From the NCBI GenBank assembly GCA_964247055.1, contig OZ176051.1, positions 12,028,001-12,092,000 of the forward strand: 64,000 nucleotides of DNA. The letters run 5' to 3'. Shown piece by piece: positions 51,862-63,612 of the stretch. How positions within the stretch are numbered: position 1 is the stretch's first letter; each line of letters opens with the position of its first letter. Source of the DNA: Paragordius varius. Taxonomy: Eukaryota > Animalia > Nematomorpha. The position numbers were made by a program, and so were the translations under genes. The notes beneath the pieces are model-generated. The model ran no database searches, had not been told where the DNA came from, and was given only the letters and a program-made list of their open reading frames with translations.

Positions 51862-52626
51862 TTATATAACATTTGGCATATCTTCGATTCCAATCTCCTC
51901 CTAAATACAAACGTAAAAAATATTTTAAAACCAATAATTGATTTTTTGGATGTGGATAATTTTCAAGTATTGTATCCAAAATATCCATTAGCTAAATTTA
52001 ACCAATAATTTATACCATTCTACGTCTAATTTTATATTCTTTGGTCAAAAGGGCATTTAAATCTAATATCTTGCTTTAGATTAGAAATGTAATTACCATT
52101 TTTTTCTCGTTTTCTGGTATAAGGTTTTGATTTGTTTTAATATGAGTTAAAGTTTCTTGCAAATAATTTTTCTGAATTTAAAATTGTATTATACTTCTTT
52201 AGATGTTTCATCAAGTAAAAGTTTAGCTTCAGCAAGAGTCAAAGTAGCTCGTAAACTTTGTAATTCTTTAATATCAAAAGGTAATACTTTCATCCATAGC
52301 TTTGATATCCTTCTTGACATCAAAATTATTTTCTTTTAACTCATCAATCTTATGGTCCATTTCTCGCATTTCATCCTGGTCTAAAATTGGCAGTTTATCC
52401 TAAACATATTACATAATAATAAAACTTGATCAGGCAGGTATACTTTTTGTTTTCCATAAATTTTTTCAACAATTAACTTTTTGGCAACAAGATTATCAAG
52501 TGCCTTAATTATTGCAGTTTTTCCATAGTCTTTCTGCAAGTGATTACTAATATCTTGAGCACTATATGGCCGATTGTGGTTTTCCAAAAATTGGTATACA
52601 GCGTCGTCTGCTGTGGATCTACTCAT
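51862..52626 (-). CDS. PSMC3IP: Homologous-pairing protein 2, complete, 203 aa. Exons 52626-52426, 52399-52288, 52265-52195, 52171-52097, 52069-52016, 51991-51932, 51900-51862
   Basis: Winged-helix N-terminus FLENHNRPYSAQDI...KIYGKQKVY, coiled coil, and C-terminal KEYKIRRRM-LMDILDTILENYPHPKNQLL-EEIGIE matching HOP2. The spliced CDS is 612 nt with no internal stop. Confidence 0.95.
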
Positions 52627-53056
52627 GCTTATTAAACAGCTGAATTTGTTTTAAACAACTAAATTCATATTTTTATAAATTAAATTATTTATTATATATT
52701 TTTTCTATTTTAACTGTTTCACAAATGATTTTGTTGGATTCACAGATATGTGGTTAGATAAATTGTTTTTATCATCAGATTTAAATCTAATTTTTTGCCC
52801 TTAAGCTAATTTGGGTGTGTTTACTTAAACATTTATTTGATTATCGCTTAAATAAATTAATGATATGAGTCACCACCTGGATTTATAATGTTAGCAATAT
52901 TCCTACGTTGTGACTATCCATATATAAACCTTACTTTATTATCATCATTGGAAATGGGCGTTTATTCTTTTAAAATTTATCAAGCAACCATGCTTTCAAA
53001 TCGTGCATTTGATTAACTAAATAACCCACGACGCCCTGATCTATATCAAATACAAT
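52627..53056. promoter_or_regulatory. Probable bidirectional promoter between HOP2 and the MEGF10-like gene
   Basis: The two start codons diverge and are only 430 bp apart. No specific motif was identified; positional inference only. Confidence 0.5.
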
Positions 53057-56000
53057 ATGGCATTTAATTCACTGGTTTTATTATTATGGTGCATAATTAT
53101 ATTCCTACAAAATATTCCACCATCAATTTATGCTGCCAATTCTATATACGATTTATCTTCTGCCAAACCTCGTAATACAGAAAGCTTGACTACATTTTCG
53201 CAACGTCGGTCAGTCTCTTTACTAACAAGTAATCAAACCAGTCTATTAGAGCTTGAAAATGGCCCGAACGTTTGCACCAAATCTACTATGTAAAGTTCAT
53301 TTAAATTTGATATATTATTTATTTTATACCTTTATATGTAGTGTTCTCCTAATGTACACAAAATATTTGGGTGTTGAGGATTAGCGTTTTAAAATTATTA
53401 ACGTTTATATCAGGGGACTCTAACACCCGACCTCCAAGTCATTATATAAGGCCTCGATTGTGAATCCATAATTTCCAAAAATATTCTTAAATCTTAGTTA
53501 AATTGATACTTCTGAGACAATTTTTATTAAAGTATAATTGGCGACGAACTGACTCTAACGTTAATTCCATGAGATATTTATTTATATCAAACTTTTTTAA
53601 TCAATGCCCTGTGAATTGATTGGAGTTTTTGCAGATTTAAACTATCAACCTAGATTATGGTCTCACCCCTGATACTGATTTCGATTTTTATGCATGCCTA
53701 TATATATATATCAGTGGTACTCACCAAAAAAATTTGACGGGCCAAATAAAACATATTTTTTTTTCGAGGGCCATGAACCTTATAATGGCAAATATTCCAT
53801 AGCTATTTGACACATACGCACATATTTATACTCTAAATCAGCACAATAAATTTTTTGCGGGTCGCATGTAAATCCAGATAAAAATTCGTTTTGAACCATT
53901 TAGTTTTAAAAATTAAAATATATTGATAACAACATTTATTTTAATATTAATCAATAATTTTTGACAATATTGGTTTCGCCTCATGGCAGGCCATTCTTAA
54001 TACGTCGTCCATATGATCATTAGTTAAGCGATTTCTGTAAGTATTCTTAACATACTTCATTTTTGAATATGCCGTCTCACACGTGTAAGTTGATGGAAAA
54101 ATAGTTAAGATAACTTGAGCACATTTTTTTATATTTTCATATTTATTTGGCACAACTTGCCAAAACTCTATATATCTTTCTTCTCTACGGTTTTCCTTAA
54201 ATATAGCTTCCAAATTGGAATCATTTTTAAAATCAACGAATTCATCAATGATAACCGCCTGATCAAAACCAAAAAGCTCAAGTTGCTTAATGTTGGATAT
54301 ATCCATATGCCATGGATTTTCCACTAGCTTTAAGCAATTTTTTATATTTTTTAATTCTTGAAATCTGAATTTCATCTCATTAGATAAAATGTTAAATGAT
54401 TGTCTATTATTAAATTAATATCCGCGGTAAATTGCATATTTTCTTTATGAATCGTTTTAAGTGTTGGAAAATGTAGGAGTGTTTTATCTATAAAATCTTG
54501 TTTATATATTATTAATTTTTCTTCAAAAGCAAATATATGATTAGCAAATTGGGTTATTATTTTGCTCCCTTAAAGACTTGTATTAAAAGTACTAAGTTTA
54601 TAAATAATGTCGCAAAGGTAGGTTAATAAAATTCACCATTTGTCACTATTAATTTCCTCGTCAAACTTTCTGTTATCTTTTATAAATAATAGAATTTCAT
54701 GTCTTAAATCAAAAAATCTATTCAATACTTTGCTAAGGCTTGGCCATCTCACAGCGGTGTACAAAAGAATATCATCAAACTCACTATGGATATCTTTCAG
54801 AAGGTTTTTGAATTTAATGTGATTGAATTCTCTGCCACGGATGTAGTTAACTATATCCACAACCGTTTTAATTACTAAATTTAGTGATTCATCGTTTACA
54901 CGCGAAATCAAGTTTTGCTCATGAATGAAGCAGTGAAAGGATAATAGATTTTGCAAATTATATTTGTTTTTTAAAAGAGAAATAAACCCTTTGTTTATTC
55001 CAATCATAGAGGGACAGCCATCTTTGCAGATCGAAACCAATTTTTTCATAGATATACCATTATTATCGAAAAAGGTGCTAATTACTTCAAGAAAATCACT
55101 GCCTTTTGTGGTATTATTCATTGGTAAAAATTTCAAATATTCCTCGTTGATTATGTTGTCGTTGCAAAATCTCACGAAGAGCGCACATTGAGGTGTTGAA
55201 CTTATATCAGTGCTAGAATCGATTGCAATACTGAAGTATTTGTAATTTTTCAGAGCCAATAATGTATTGTTAAAAATATATTTAGACATATCTTCAATGC
55301 GTCGAGCACATGTTGAATCAGAAAGTTGAAGTTTTTTAATTTGCCTCATGATTTGTTCTTTATTATGGAATTTATCAAATAAAAAAGTGCAACCATTTAT
55401 TAAACATTCTTTAATTAGTTGGGAATCAGTAAACGGTTTCATATTTTTTCCTAAAATATAGCAAATTTCATACGAAGCTAATGTTACAGCTTTCTCCTAG
55501 GAAAAAGCTATGGCCATAATAGATTTTTCTTTCTCGTATAATTCCTTAAAATTTTTATATTTTTCATTTCTTTCCTCAAGATTTTCTGGTAATTTATGAG
55601 AATGATGGATTTTAAAATGTCTTTCAATATTGTATTTTTTTATAATTATATTGTCCTTGCATATAAGGCAGGTAGCAACATTGTTATTTAAAACGACAAA
55701 AAAACCAGTTTCCCATTCTTTTTTAAAGGAGCGATTTTCATCGGATAATTTACGTTTTTTGGCATTAGATGTCATCCTTTGAATTTATGTTTAAATATTA
55801 TGTAAAAAAAAGAGGAATATAAATTGAATTATGCTATAAAAAACAGGTCGAAATTTAATGATATTGAGTTGAAAATATTTTATGAGAATGAGTTTTAAAA
55901 ATGATGCAGGATAGCGATGAAATGTATGTGCAATCGGTGAAAACAAAAAAGAAATGCAATAAAAATTTCAAAAAGAAAAGAAGAAGAAACAACGTGTGCC

Positions 56001-56466
56001 CATAAATCATAAATTTTAAAATCATTTAAATGTAGGAAATTTTTCTACATTTCAAATTGGGTAAAAAATAAATATTATTTAAAAAAAATTAAATATCAGT
56101 CATAGTGCATTTTTAAAGCACACTTAGGGCCGCATGCGGCCCGCGGGCCGCGGTTTGAGTATCACTGATATATATTTTGAATGCGGCGCCGTTCTTTTAA
56201 GTCAAAAATCTGGTTCATGAAGCTATTTATGTTTGTCAGCCCTAATTTATATTTTATAAGTTTTATATTGTTTTACTCGTCATTTTATTTAGCCCCCAAA
56301 AAATATATTTTTTCTTCTGTAAATTTAAACTCATATGATATTTGCTTGTAATTAATTATATATTATAACTGGTTGTATTTACTCTTGATATGTAGATGGT
56401 GGTCATTTATGCTCCTACTTGTTACCAATTTATAAACTATTTTTTTGGTTTTTTTGGTCAAAAGTT

Positions 56467-56506
<40 letters not shown>

Positions 56507-59500
56507 TTAAAAAATTAAGTCTTGATAGCATGATAGATATATAATTAATTTGGTTTTTTAAAGGTTGAATTATTTATATTTCGGTTAAAATTTTTTATCA
56601 AACTGATTTTAATATGTTCTAATATATTGCCTAAGATAGATGCAAGCTAGCGATGAAAAGTTTTTACAATTTAATTTGCGTCATTTTTATAAAATATACT
56701 TAATCATTCAAAAAAGTTTTATTCTTAAATTTGCCGACATATAAATTAAGTCTCTTTGCAATCATGACTAAATTAAAGTATATATATATATATTTCGATG
56801 ATAACGAGTTAGACTATTAAACCTAAACCTAAGACTCAAAAATAATTTTTTTGAAAAAAAACTTTTTTTTAATTTTTAAGTTTATTTATAATGTATGCTA
56901 ATTAATAAAAAAATTCTTTTTTTAGACAAAAACAATCTGTACAAGTGACGAAAGAAGTCGATTGCAGTTTTTTGGATCACGTCATAGATTTCTTTAAATC
57001 CAAGAAAGTCTGTAAAAAAACCAAGTATATTATTTCATGTTAAACAACATAAATTGTGCAAAAAATTTGCGTTTTAATCCATGTTTATAAACGGTATTTT
57101 TGTTTTATAGTTTACGTAAAAAGAATGTAAAAAAAACTTTTTTTTGTCCATGAAAGTTTAATGATGAATATATTATATTGTGTTAATGACATAATATAAT
57201 ATGCATTAATTTTAAAAATTTTTTGATAAATTATTCCCCTGTTTTTTACGGTTTAAATTTAAATAAAATTAATTGATTAACATTTATTATTTGCTTATAG
57301 AATAGTTACCGAGTTTCGAGACGTTGAAGTTGATGTTAGGGTTTGTTGTGAAGGCTATCAAAAATTTCTTACAAAATGCATACGTAATAATATTTACCTC
57401 CATTTTTAAAATCAAATTTAGATTTATTTTTTAAATAATATACCATTGACAAAATTCATATTCACCCTTAAACAATTCGAATTCACCCTATCAATTATAT
57501 GTTTTCGGGCTAATATAACTCATCATGAATATGAAATATATCTTTATGGCATAACTTATTATTTCAGTATTACTTTAAATTGAAACAAAATTTCATAATT
57601 TTTAATCTTAAAAAACACTTGATTTATTTTGGGGTGAATTTGAATTAGAGGGTGAATTTAAATTGTTTAAGGGTGAATTTGAACTGTAAATGGTATATTT
57701 AATTTGAAACGAAAAACAGCTATATGTCCTGATCAATGTGTGCACGGGGTATGTGTGGCACCCAATGTCTGTAAATGTAATCCTGGGTATTCTGGAAAAA
57801 GATGTCTTTACGGTAGAATAGATTTTAGAAATAGTTCAATAAAGAATTTTAAATTTAACTCTATTAAATGTAAAAAATAAAATTTGACCAAAAATTACTT
57901 AAAAATGGTTTAAAAATTGTGAAATTTCATAAAATATATTTTTTTAAGACATTGACCTTCATAGTGAGTTAAACAACGTAATTAATAAAAATGATCTTTA
58001 AGTTATCAATCAAATGAATATTTAAGCCAATAAAACAATCCTTTTTTGTCATATAAGTAGAGTTTCGGTCATTGTATCAAAATCATCGGTTACTTTTTTT
58101 GTATTTATGAGCTGGATGTATTATTATGTATTGTTATATGTTTTATCTCAGCTTGCAAAAATTTCACTTGGGGCCCGGATTGCTCAAAACCTTGTCATTG
58201 CGTTAATGCTATATCATGTGATCCGGAGAATGGCATATGCAATTGCAAATCAGGTTATTTGTATAAATATAAAAACTTTTTTTTATTTTTACTTTTCTAT
58301 AAAATAAATACGACTTAATATAAAAAATGTGAATATTGTAATTACCGTAGCCTTTGTGTTATAATGACCTTTTGTAATAACTCCTCCGCTTTTTAGATTT
58401 TGTATTTACTACGCTTTTCAAAATTAATCGAATATTTTTTTTAATATAAAAATTTATTGATTATTAATAAGATATTTAAAAGAGTTTCTTCTGAAAGCGT
58501 TATTAGGTAAGGCTGATGATGAAATTTTGTGGCCATTTATATAGCCATCAATGGTATTTAAATTTCACACAATTGTTCCAGATTTAAGTAAGCTTAAATA
58601 GGATATCCATATTTTATTTAAGATTGTACGAAATTTTAAAATCTATTATTTAAGAGTTGTCTGTCAAAAACCAAGCACACCAAATTGTTGTTATTAAAAT
58701 TAAATTTTGAATAAATATAACGATTTTAACCAAAAAAATGAATTATTGAGTTTAAAACGTTTTTTTTTTGTTAAAATTGACTCGTAACACAAAAACCGTT
58801 TTTATGTATTTTTTCCATAAAACTAGGTTGGCAAGGTACCCAATGTACCAAAGCGTGCCCATCGACCCATTGGGGTCCAAATTGTTCCCTTGCTTGTGAT
58901 TGTGATGACAATGTTGGTGGTGACACGCAACAAAGCCAAATCTATCAAACTCATCATCCGGACGACTTGACTAGCCATGATATGAATGCAATTAACATTA
59001 ATGCGAATGCTCAATTAACATTGGCTCAACATTCAATCATTGCTGAGTTACTCAAGAATCAAAATGATAAGCAGAAAACCAAAACTATGTTGCCTAGTAT
59101 GACGTGTGATCGTTTTACGGGTAAATGTGCCACAACCCTATCTCACTTATTGGCCACAAAGCTAAGCACTGCCGAACATTGTCAACTTTGTTTTGCATTT
59201 GGACACACTTACAATTGTTCTCGGACCATTAAAACTAAGGATGGTGTTGATACAGACAAAAGAGATTTATTATCAACTGCAACACGTATCATCACCTCAT
59301 CTAAAGTGAAATGTGACTGTCATATTGGGTATGTAATTGATATATATTTTTATTTGAAACATAAATTGTTTTATATAATGTAGTATAGTGCTGAGGTGGG
59401 CAAACCGGGGACGATACGTTTGTTTCAATGTCTTTTGGATAAATATGAAATAGAGCGTTAAGTAAAGAATATGAGCTTTAAAACCAAAAAATAATTGCTA

Positions 59501-62500
59501 ATTTATTTGGAATTTGTTGCTGTTTATTTTTTAACCGCATAATAATGTTTTAAAATGGAAAGTTGAATGTATTTGATGCCTAAAAAGGAGAGATGTCAGT
59601 TTTATAAAATTAATATATATATATATATATATATATTCCTACCACACCTTAATTTTTTTGGGGCAGTAATCAGTGAACAGCTCTTCATCACATACTGTAT
59701 CCATTTTTTGGAAGCATTTGCATTGTAAAGGGTAGAGGGACACATATCAGCCGACAAGGAATTGATACTTGTTGAGTTAATCAAGATTTTTATCAACTAT
59801 CTTTCCAATTACCTTATAATCATATTTAATCTTTTTTAAGTATTCGTCTTAACAACCTATATAGTATTCTACAAAAATACATTACTAATTATCAGAATTG
59901 TTAAAGTAAAGTATTAACGGACTCTTTACTTGGGGATGAATTTAAGGATTTTAAATATAATAAAGTTGGGAAGTTTTAGGATTTAGTCCTCAGAAAAAGA
60001 TATACATATAAAATTAACAAAATTCGCATAAAATACAATAAGAATGGTAAAGAATCGAAATCCTTAGTTTACTCAGCATGACATTATCGAATTTTTATCA
60101 GCAGATCATAAAATGTCTCCCTCTACCCTTTATAAATGCCCCAATATGTAGTAATAAGCATTTTTATTACGAACCTTTTGTGCGGAATATGTAAAAGATG
60201 AATCACAAAAATATGTTTATGCTTGTAAAATTATAATTTTCTAAGGATACCAATCTGAGTAACTACTAATTTTTGCTTCGGTGTATGCAAACGATATCTT
60301 AACCTTGAGTGGCATATTCTATTATTATTAAATTAATAGTTTATTTATTATGAATAAGTACAATAAAACTATTTTGTACGAAATATATGAGGGGACAAGC
60401 GATTTGGAAAGGGAGTATCATGTCAAAACGTCGATAACAAAAAATTAAATAGTAGGTTACAAATCAATCCATTTGCACATTAATTTGATTTTAATATATT
60501 TTAAATATTACATTTCAAAAAGTGTTGATATACCCAAGGTGTATTGGAAGGCATTATTAAATCTAAGCGATGAATTCATTTAATAATAATAAGAAATATA
60601 AGATGCTAGCTAAGATATTATTATCGATGATAAAGTGTTTGATTCTATTAGTTTTAAACAAACAAAGTTTATAATATTTTTCAATAACAATATAAGGCTA
60701 TTTATATTCTTTACCCATTTCTTTCTTATAATAAGGGGCAGCAACGTATTATTTGTCTGCATAAGGAGGAAACCGTTTTATTTTTTGATGAAACATAATC
60801 TTTCTTTCTTGTGTTAAGGTATCGCGGTGAGCTTTGCCATGAAAAATGTCCCCTAGGCACATACGGTCCGAACTGTGGTAATCAATGTGATGTCCAATGT
60901 CCACAAAAACTTAAGAATCTACTTTTTAGCAGAACGAATTCTTCTACGCATACAGCTGCTAGTATGAGTAATTCTGGGACAAATTTATTATTTGCGGGTA
61001 CTTTGTGTCACCATGAAACAGGAAAATGCACATGTCCACCCGGTAAAACTGGAAAGTTTTGTGAAGTAATTATAATATGCATAAAAAAATGTTTGAATCG
61101 ATTAATATAACTTTTTTAACGTATGTCATGGCCGCATTTCAGTTTGGACTATCCGTCATAATATAACTAACTAACTGCATTAATTTAGTTCCTTCATTTT
61201 GAGTTTTCAAATAATCATCTTGGGTTATTGAGGGACGAAATTATTTTATGATAGTAATAAATTATGCTATTAAATATATCCTAATTTATTTTTACAAAAT
61301 AGGGTTTTACAAAATTTTCCTCGTTTTATTATCCATTAAATGTTTGTGTTAATATGTTTTTTTTAATTATAAAATACAAATATAGGGTATGAAAAACAAT
61401 TTATGATTACGAAGAGATTGTTTAATTTGGATAAAAAAAATAAGGGTTACATCCTACATATTTGAAAAACTATATAAAATTATAAAAAATTTCTAATCCA
61501 TCAATTTTACATATCTTTGAAAATCTATAAATTAAAATTACTTATATATATTGTCATATAGATTGGTTGTGAATATGGTCGTTGGGGTCCAGATTGCTTA
61601 GAGGTTTGCAAGTGTCAGGATCTACAGTCTGTCATTCATAGGGGGGGACATATGAATGCCCTAGGGGGTCGTCGCAAAAATATTTTGTTATCTGGCGGCC
61701 TTAATAAATGTGACCCCGTCACGGGACATTGTATTTGTGCTGATGGGTTTAGCGGACAGTTTTGTGAAACGAGTGTTTGCCCGCCCAGCAAATTTGGAAA
61801 GGTAAGTTTATATTTCGTTTTTCATTTGAATTAAAAAAAAGATAAAATTTATTGCAACAATATTTGTATATGTTAACATAATATACTATTTGCACTTCAA
61901 GAGTGTCCTCGAATATTTCAAGTTGGTCCTTGAACACTTTAAGTTAGTCCTTAAACACTTTAAGTTAGTCCTTGAACATTTCAAGTTGGTGTCCTTAAAC
62001 ACTTTAAGTAAGTCCTTGAACATTTCAAGTTGGTCCCTAAACACTTTAAGGTCCTTTGACTTTTTTGTTTTGATTTTAACTTATCAACATATCGTATTAT
62101 GGATTAGGTTGAATCAGTATGTTTTAGAATGATATGATGTAATATCAGCAAAATTAATAATGAATTTATTAATGAATTTTCGTTAGATTCCTCTAACTTC
62201 TTCGGATTAACACAAAAATGAAATTAAAATAAAGATACAAATTAAAATTATAAAATATTCATAAATATAAAGAAGTATATCTATTTATAAATCCGTTATT
62301 TGGTTGATATGATTGATTTCTTTTTGTCGGTTTATGTTAACGTAATATTTTAACTTTTTGGAGATAAACATTTTTGTCAATACGTATTATCATAAATGTT
62401 GGTGCATTGAGACTTTTTCATGAATTAAAGTTTTTTTGTTTATAAAAAAACGATTAGAATAATTGTGAAAATGAGTGTCCAACCATTTGTCCCGTAAGAA

Positions 62501-63612
62501 AATCATTCGCAGATTTGAATTCCAACAATTATAATAATATGAATAATTCAGAAGCAGTAAGGATGTGTAACCCAATTTCAGGTGAATGTATGTGCCCCGA
62601 AGGTTGGACCGGTCCGCCCCAATGTGATATGCGATGTCCGCTTGAAGCTTTGACCCTATATCACCCTTCTGAGACAGGATTAAAGTTTTTGAAAATAGAT
62701 TAATTCCCTTCTTTGAAAAAAATATTTTTGAATAACCCTTACCAAATTTAGATTTTAATATAAAATATTGGAAATTCTGTGGTATAATGGTTTATTTGAT
62801 AAAACAAAAAAATGACAGTAATATGCGAAACTCTGTTGATTGTTATATGCTTGTTATCACTCAAAAACTATTTGACTAATTAACGTTTTTGATTCTAATT
62901 ATATATACTACGTCCAAAATTGAAGCACAGACCCCTAGGGTTTATTATAGGTGGAGTTTCATGACAATTTTTAATAATTGAATAGCCAAATGTTAATTGT
63001 TACACTATATCTCATATTACAATCTCTATAATACTTTCTTAACCTCGTTTTTTCCTTTTTGATTTTAATAATTAAAAATAACAGCGTTTTATGATATACA
63101 GTATGATTAAGTATATATTGTTGCCAAATAGCATATACAACAAAGGTCGTTATTATTGGCTTATAGTTATTTGTATCACTTTTTACTATTATTAGCCAAT
63201 AATAATTCTTTTTGCTGCATATGCTTTTTGGCAATAATTAATAACTTTGTAGCAATATATATACTCAATCATACTGTATACATCTATATGTTAGAGTTCA
63301 GCATTCTGCCGAATTTGTAACGAATGTTACAAAGAAACCCCAAACTCAATTGTATTATTACCGTACTTCCAGCGGTCTCAATTGTGGTCTTCAGTGCAGG
63401 TGTGGCCCTTCCTATTTACATAATCCTGAAACTAGACCTCACTATGCTACCAAATACAATATTAATAGTAGTGTGACAAATAATTTTACGGCTCTTTTGC
63501 TTGATTATGCCCGATTTAAGCATTGGTTTTGGAACCCCAATAAACGGCCGAGAACCATGCCAATTATATTTGAATGCACGGTTGAAGATGGACGTTGTGT
63601 ATGTCCACCCGG
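53057..63612 (+). CDS. MEGF10/Draper/CED-1-like EMI and EGF-repeat receptor, 3'-partial. Exons approx. 53057-53289, 56926-57024, 57301-57383, 57720-57812, 58152-58253, 58828-59329, 60819-61065, 61562-61801, 62458-62685, 63295-63612
   Basis: Signal peptide, then ENGPNVC and VCCEGY...KCIP (EMI domain), ICPDQCVHGVCVAPNVCKCNPGYSGKRC, and repeated CPxGxWGPxC-x-C-x-C...CDxxTGxCxCxxG units. Junction phases are consistent. Orthology to MEGF10 versus MEGF11/PEAR1 cannot be decided here. Confidence 0.88.
53712..56167 (-). mobile_element. hAT (Charlie/Buster-like) DNA transposon, apparently full length, in intron 1 of the MEGF10-like gene
   Basis: Ends CAGTGGTACTCA / TGAGTATCACTG; perfect 8-bp TSD ATATATAT (53704-53711, 56168-56175). 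Confidence 0.93.
53947..55775 (-). pseudogene. hAT transposase pseudogene (GTF2IRD2/EPM2AIP1/ZBED5-like family)
   Basis: BED-like CLIC...RHFKIHH, IAIDSSTD, KDGCPSM, FHCFIH, TAVRW, STYTCETAYS. In-frame stops at about 55498, 54634 and 54570, plus a frameshift near 54400. Confidence 0.92.
57443..57693. mobile_element. TATA-flanked MITE in an intron of the MEGF10-like gene
   Basis: TATA|CCATTGAC...GGGTGAATTTGAACTGTAAATGG|TATA. Confidence 0.85.
61882..62058. repeat. 21-bp intronic minisatellite, about 8 units
   Basis: Unit approx. CACTT(C/T)AAGTT(G/A)GTCCTT(G/A)AA in direct tandem with no unique spacers. Confidence 0.9.

Noticed and set aside
53411-53672. Possible small hAT MITE (CAGGGG...CCCCTG)
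   Set aside because: Only 6 bp of inverted match and the flanks do not form a TSD.
61882-62058. 21-bp repeats as a CRISPR array, and the 61890..62132 ORF with (VLEHFKL)n
   Set aside because: Direct tandem units with no spacers, inside an intron; the ORF is a by-product of the repeat.
62494-62512. Apparent 19-nt intron GTAAGAAAATCATTCGCAG in the MEGF10-like gene
   Set aside because: The frame is open through it, and removing it would shift the downstream EGF repeat out of frame; treated as coding.
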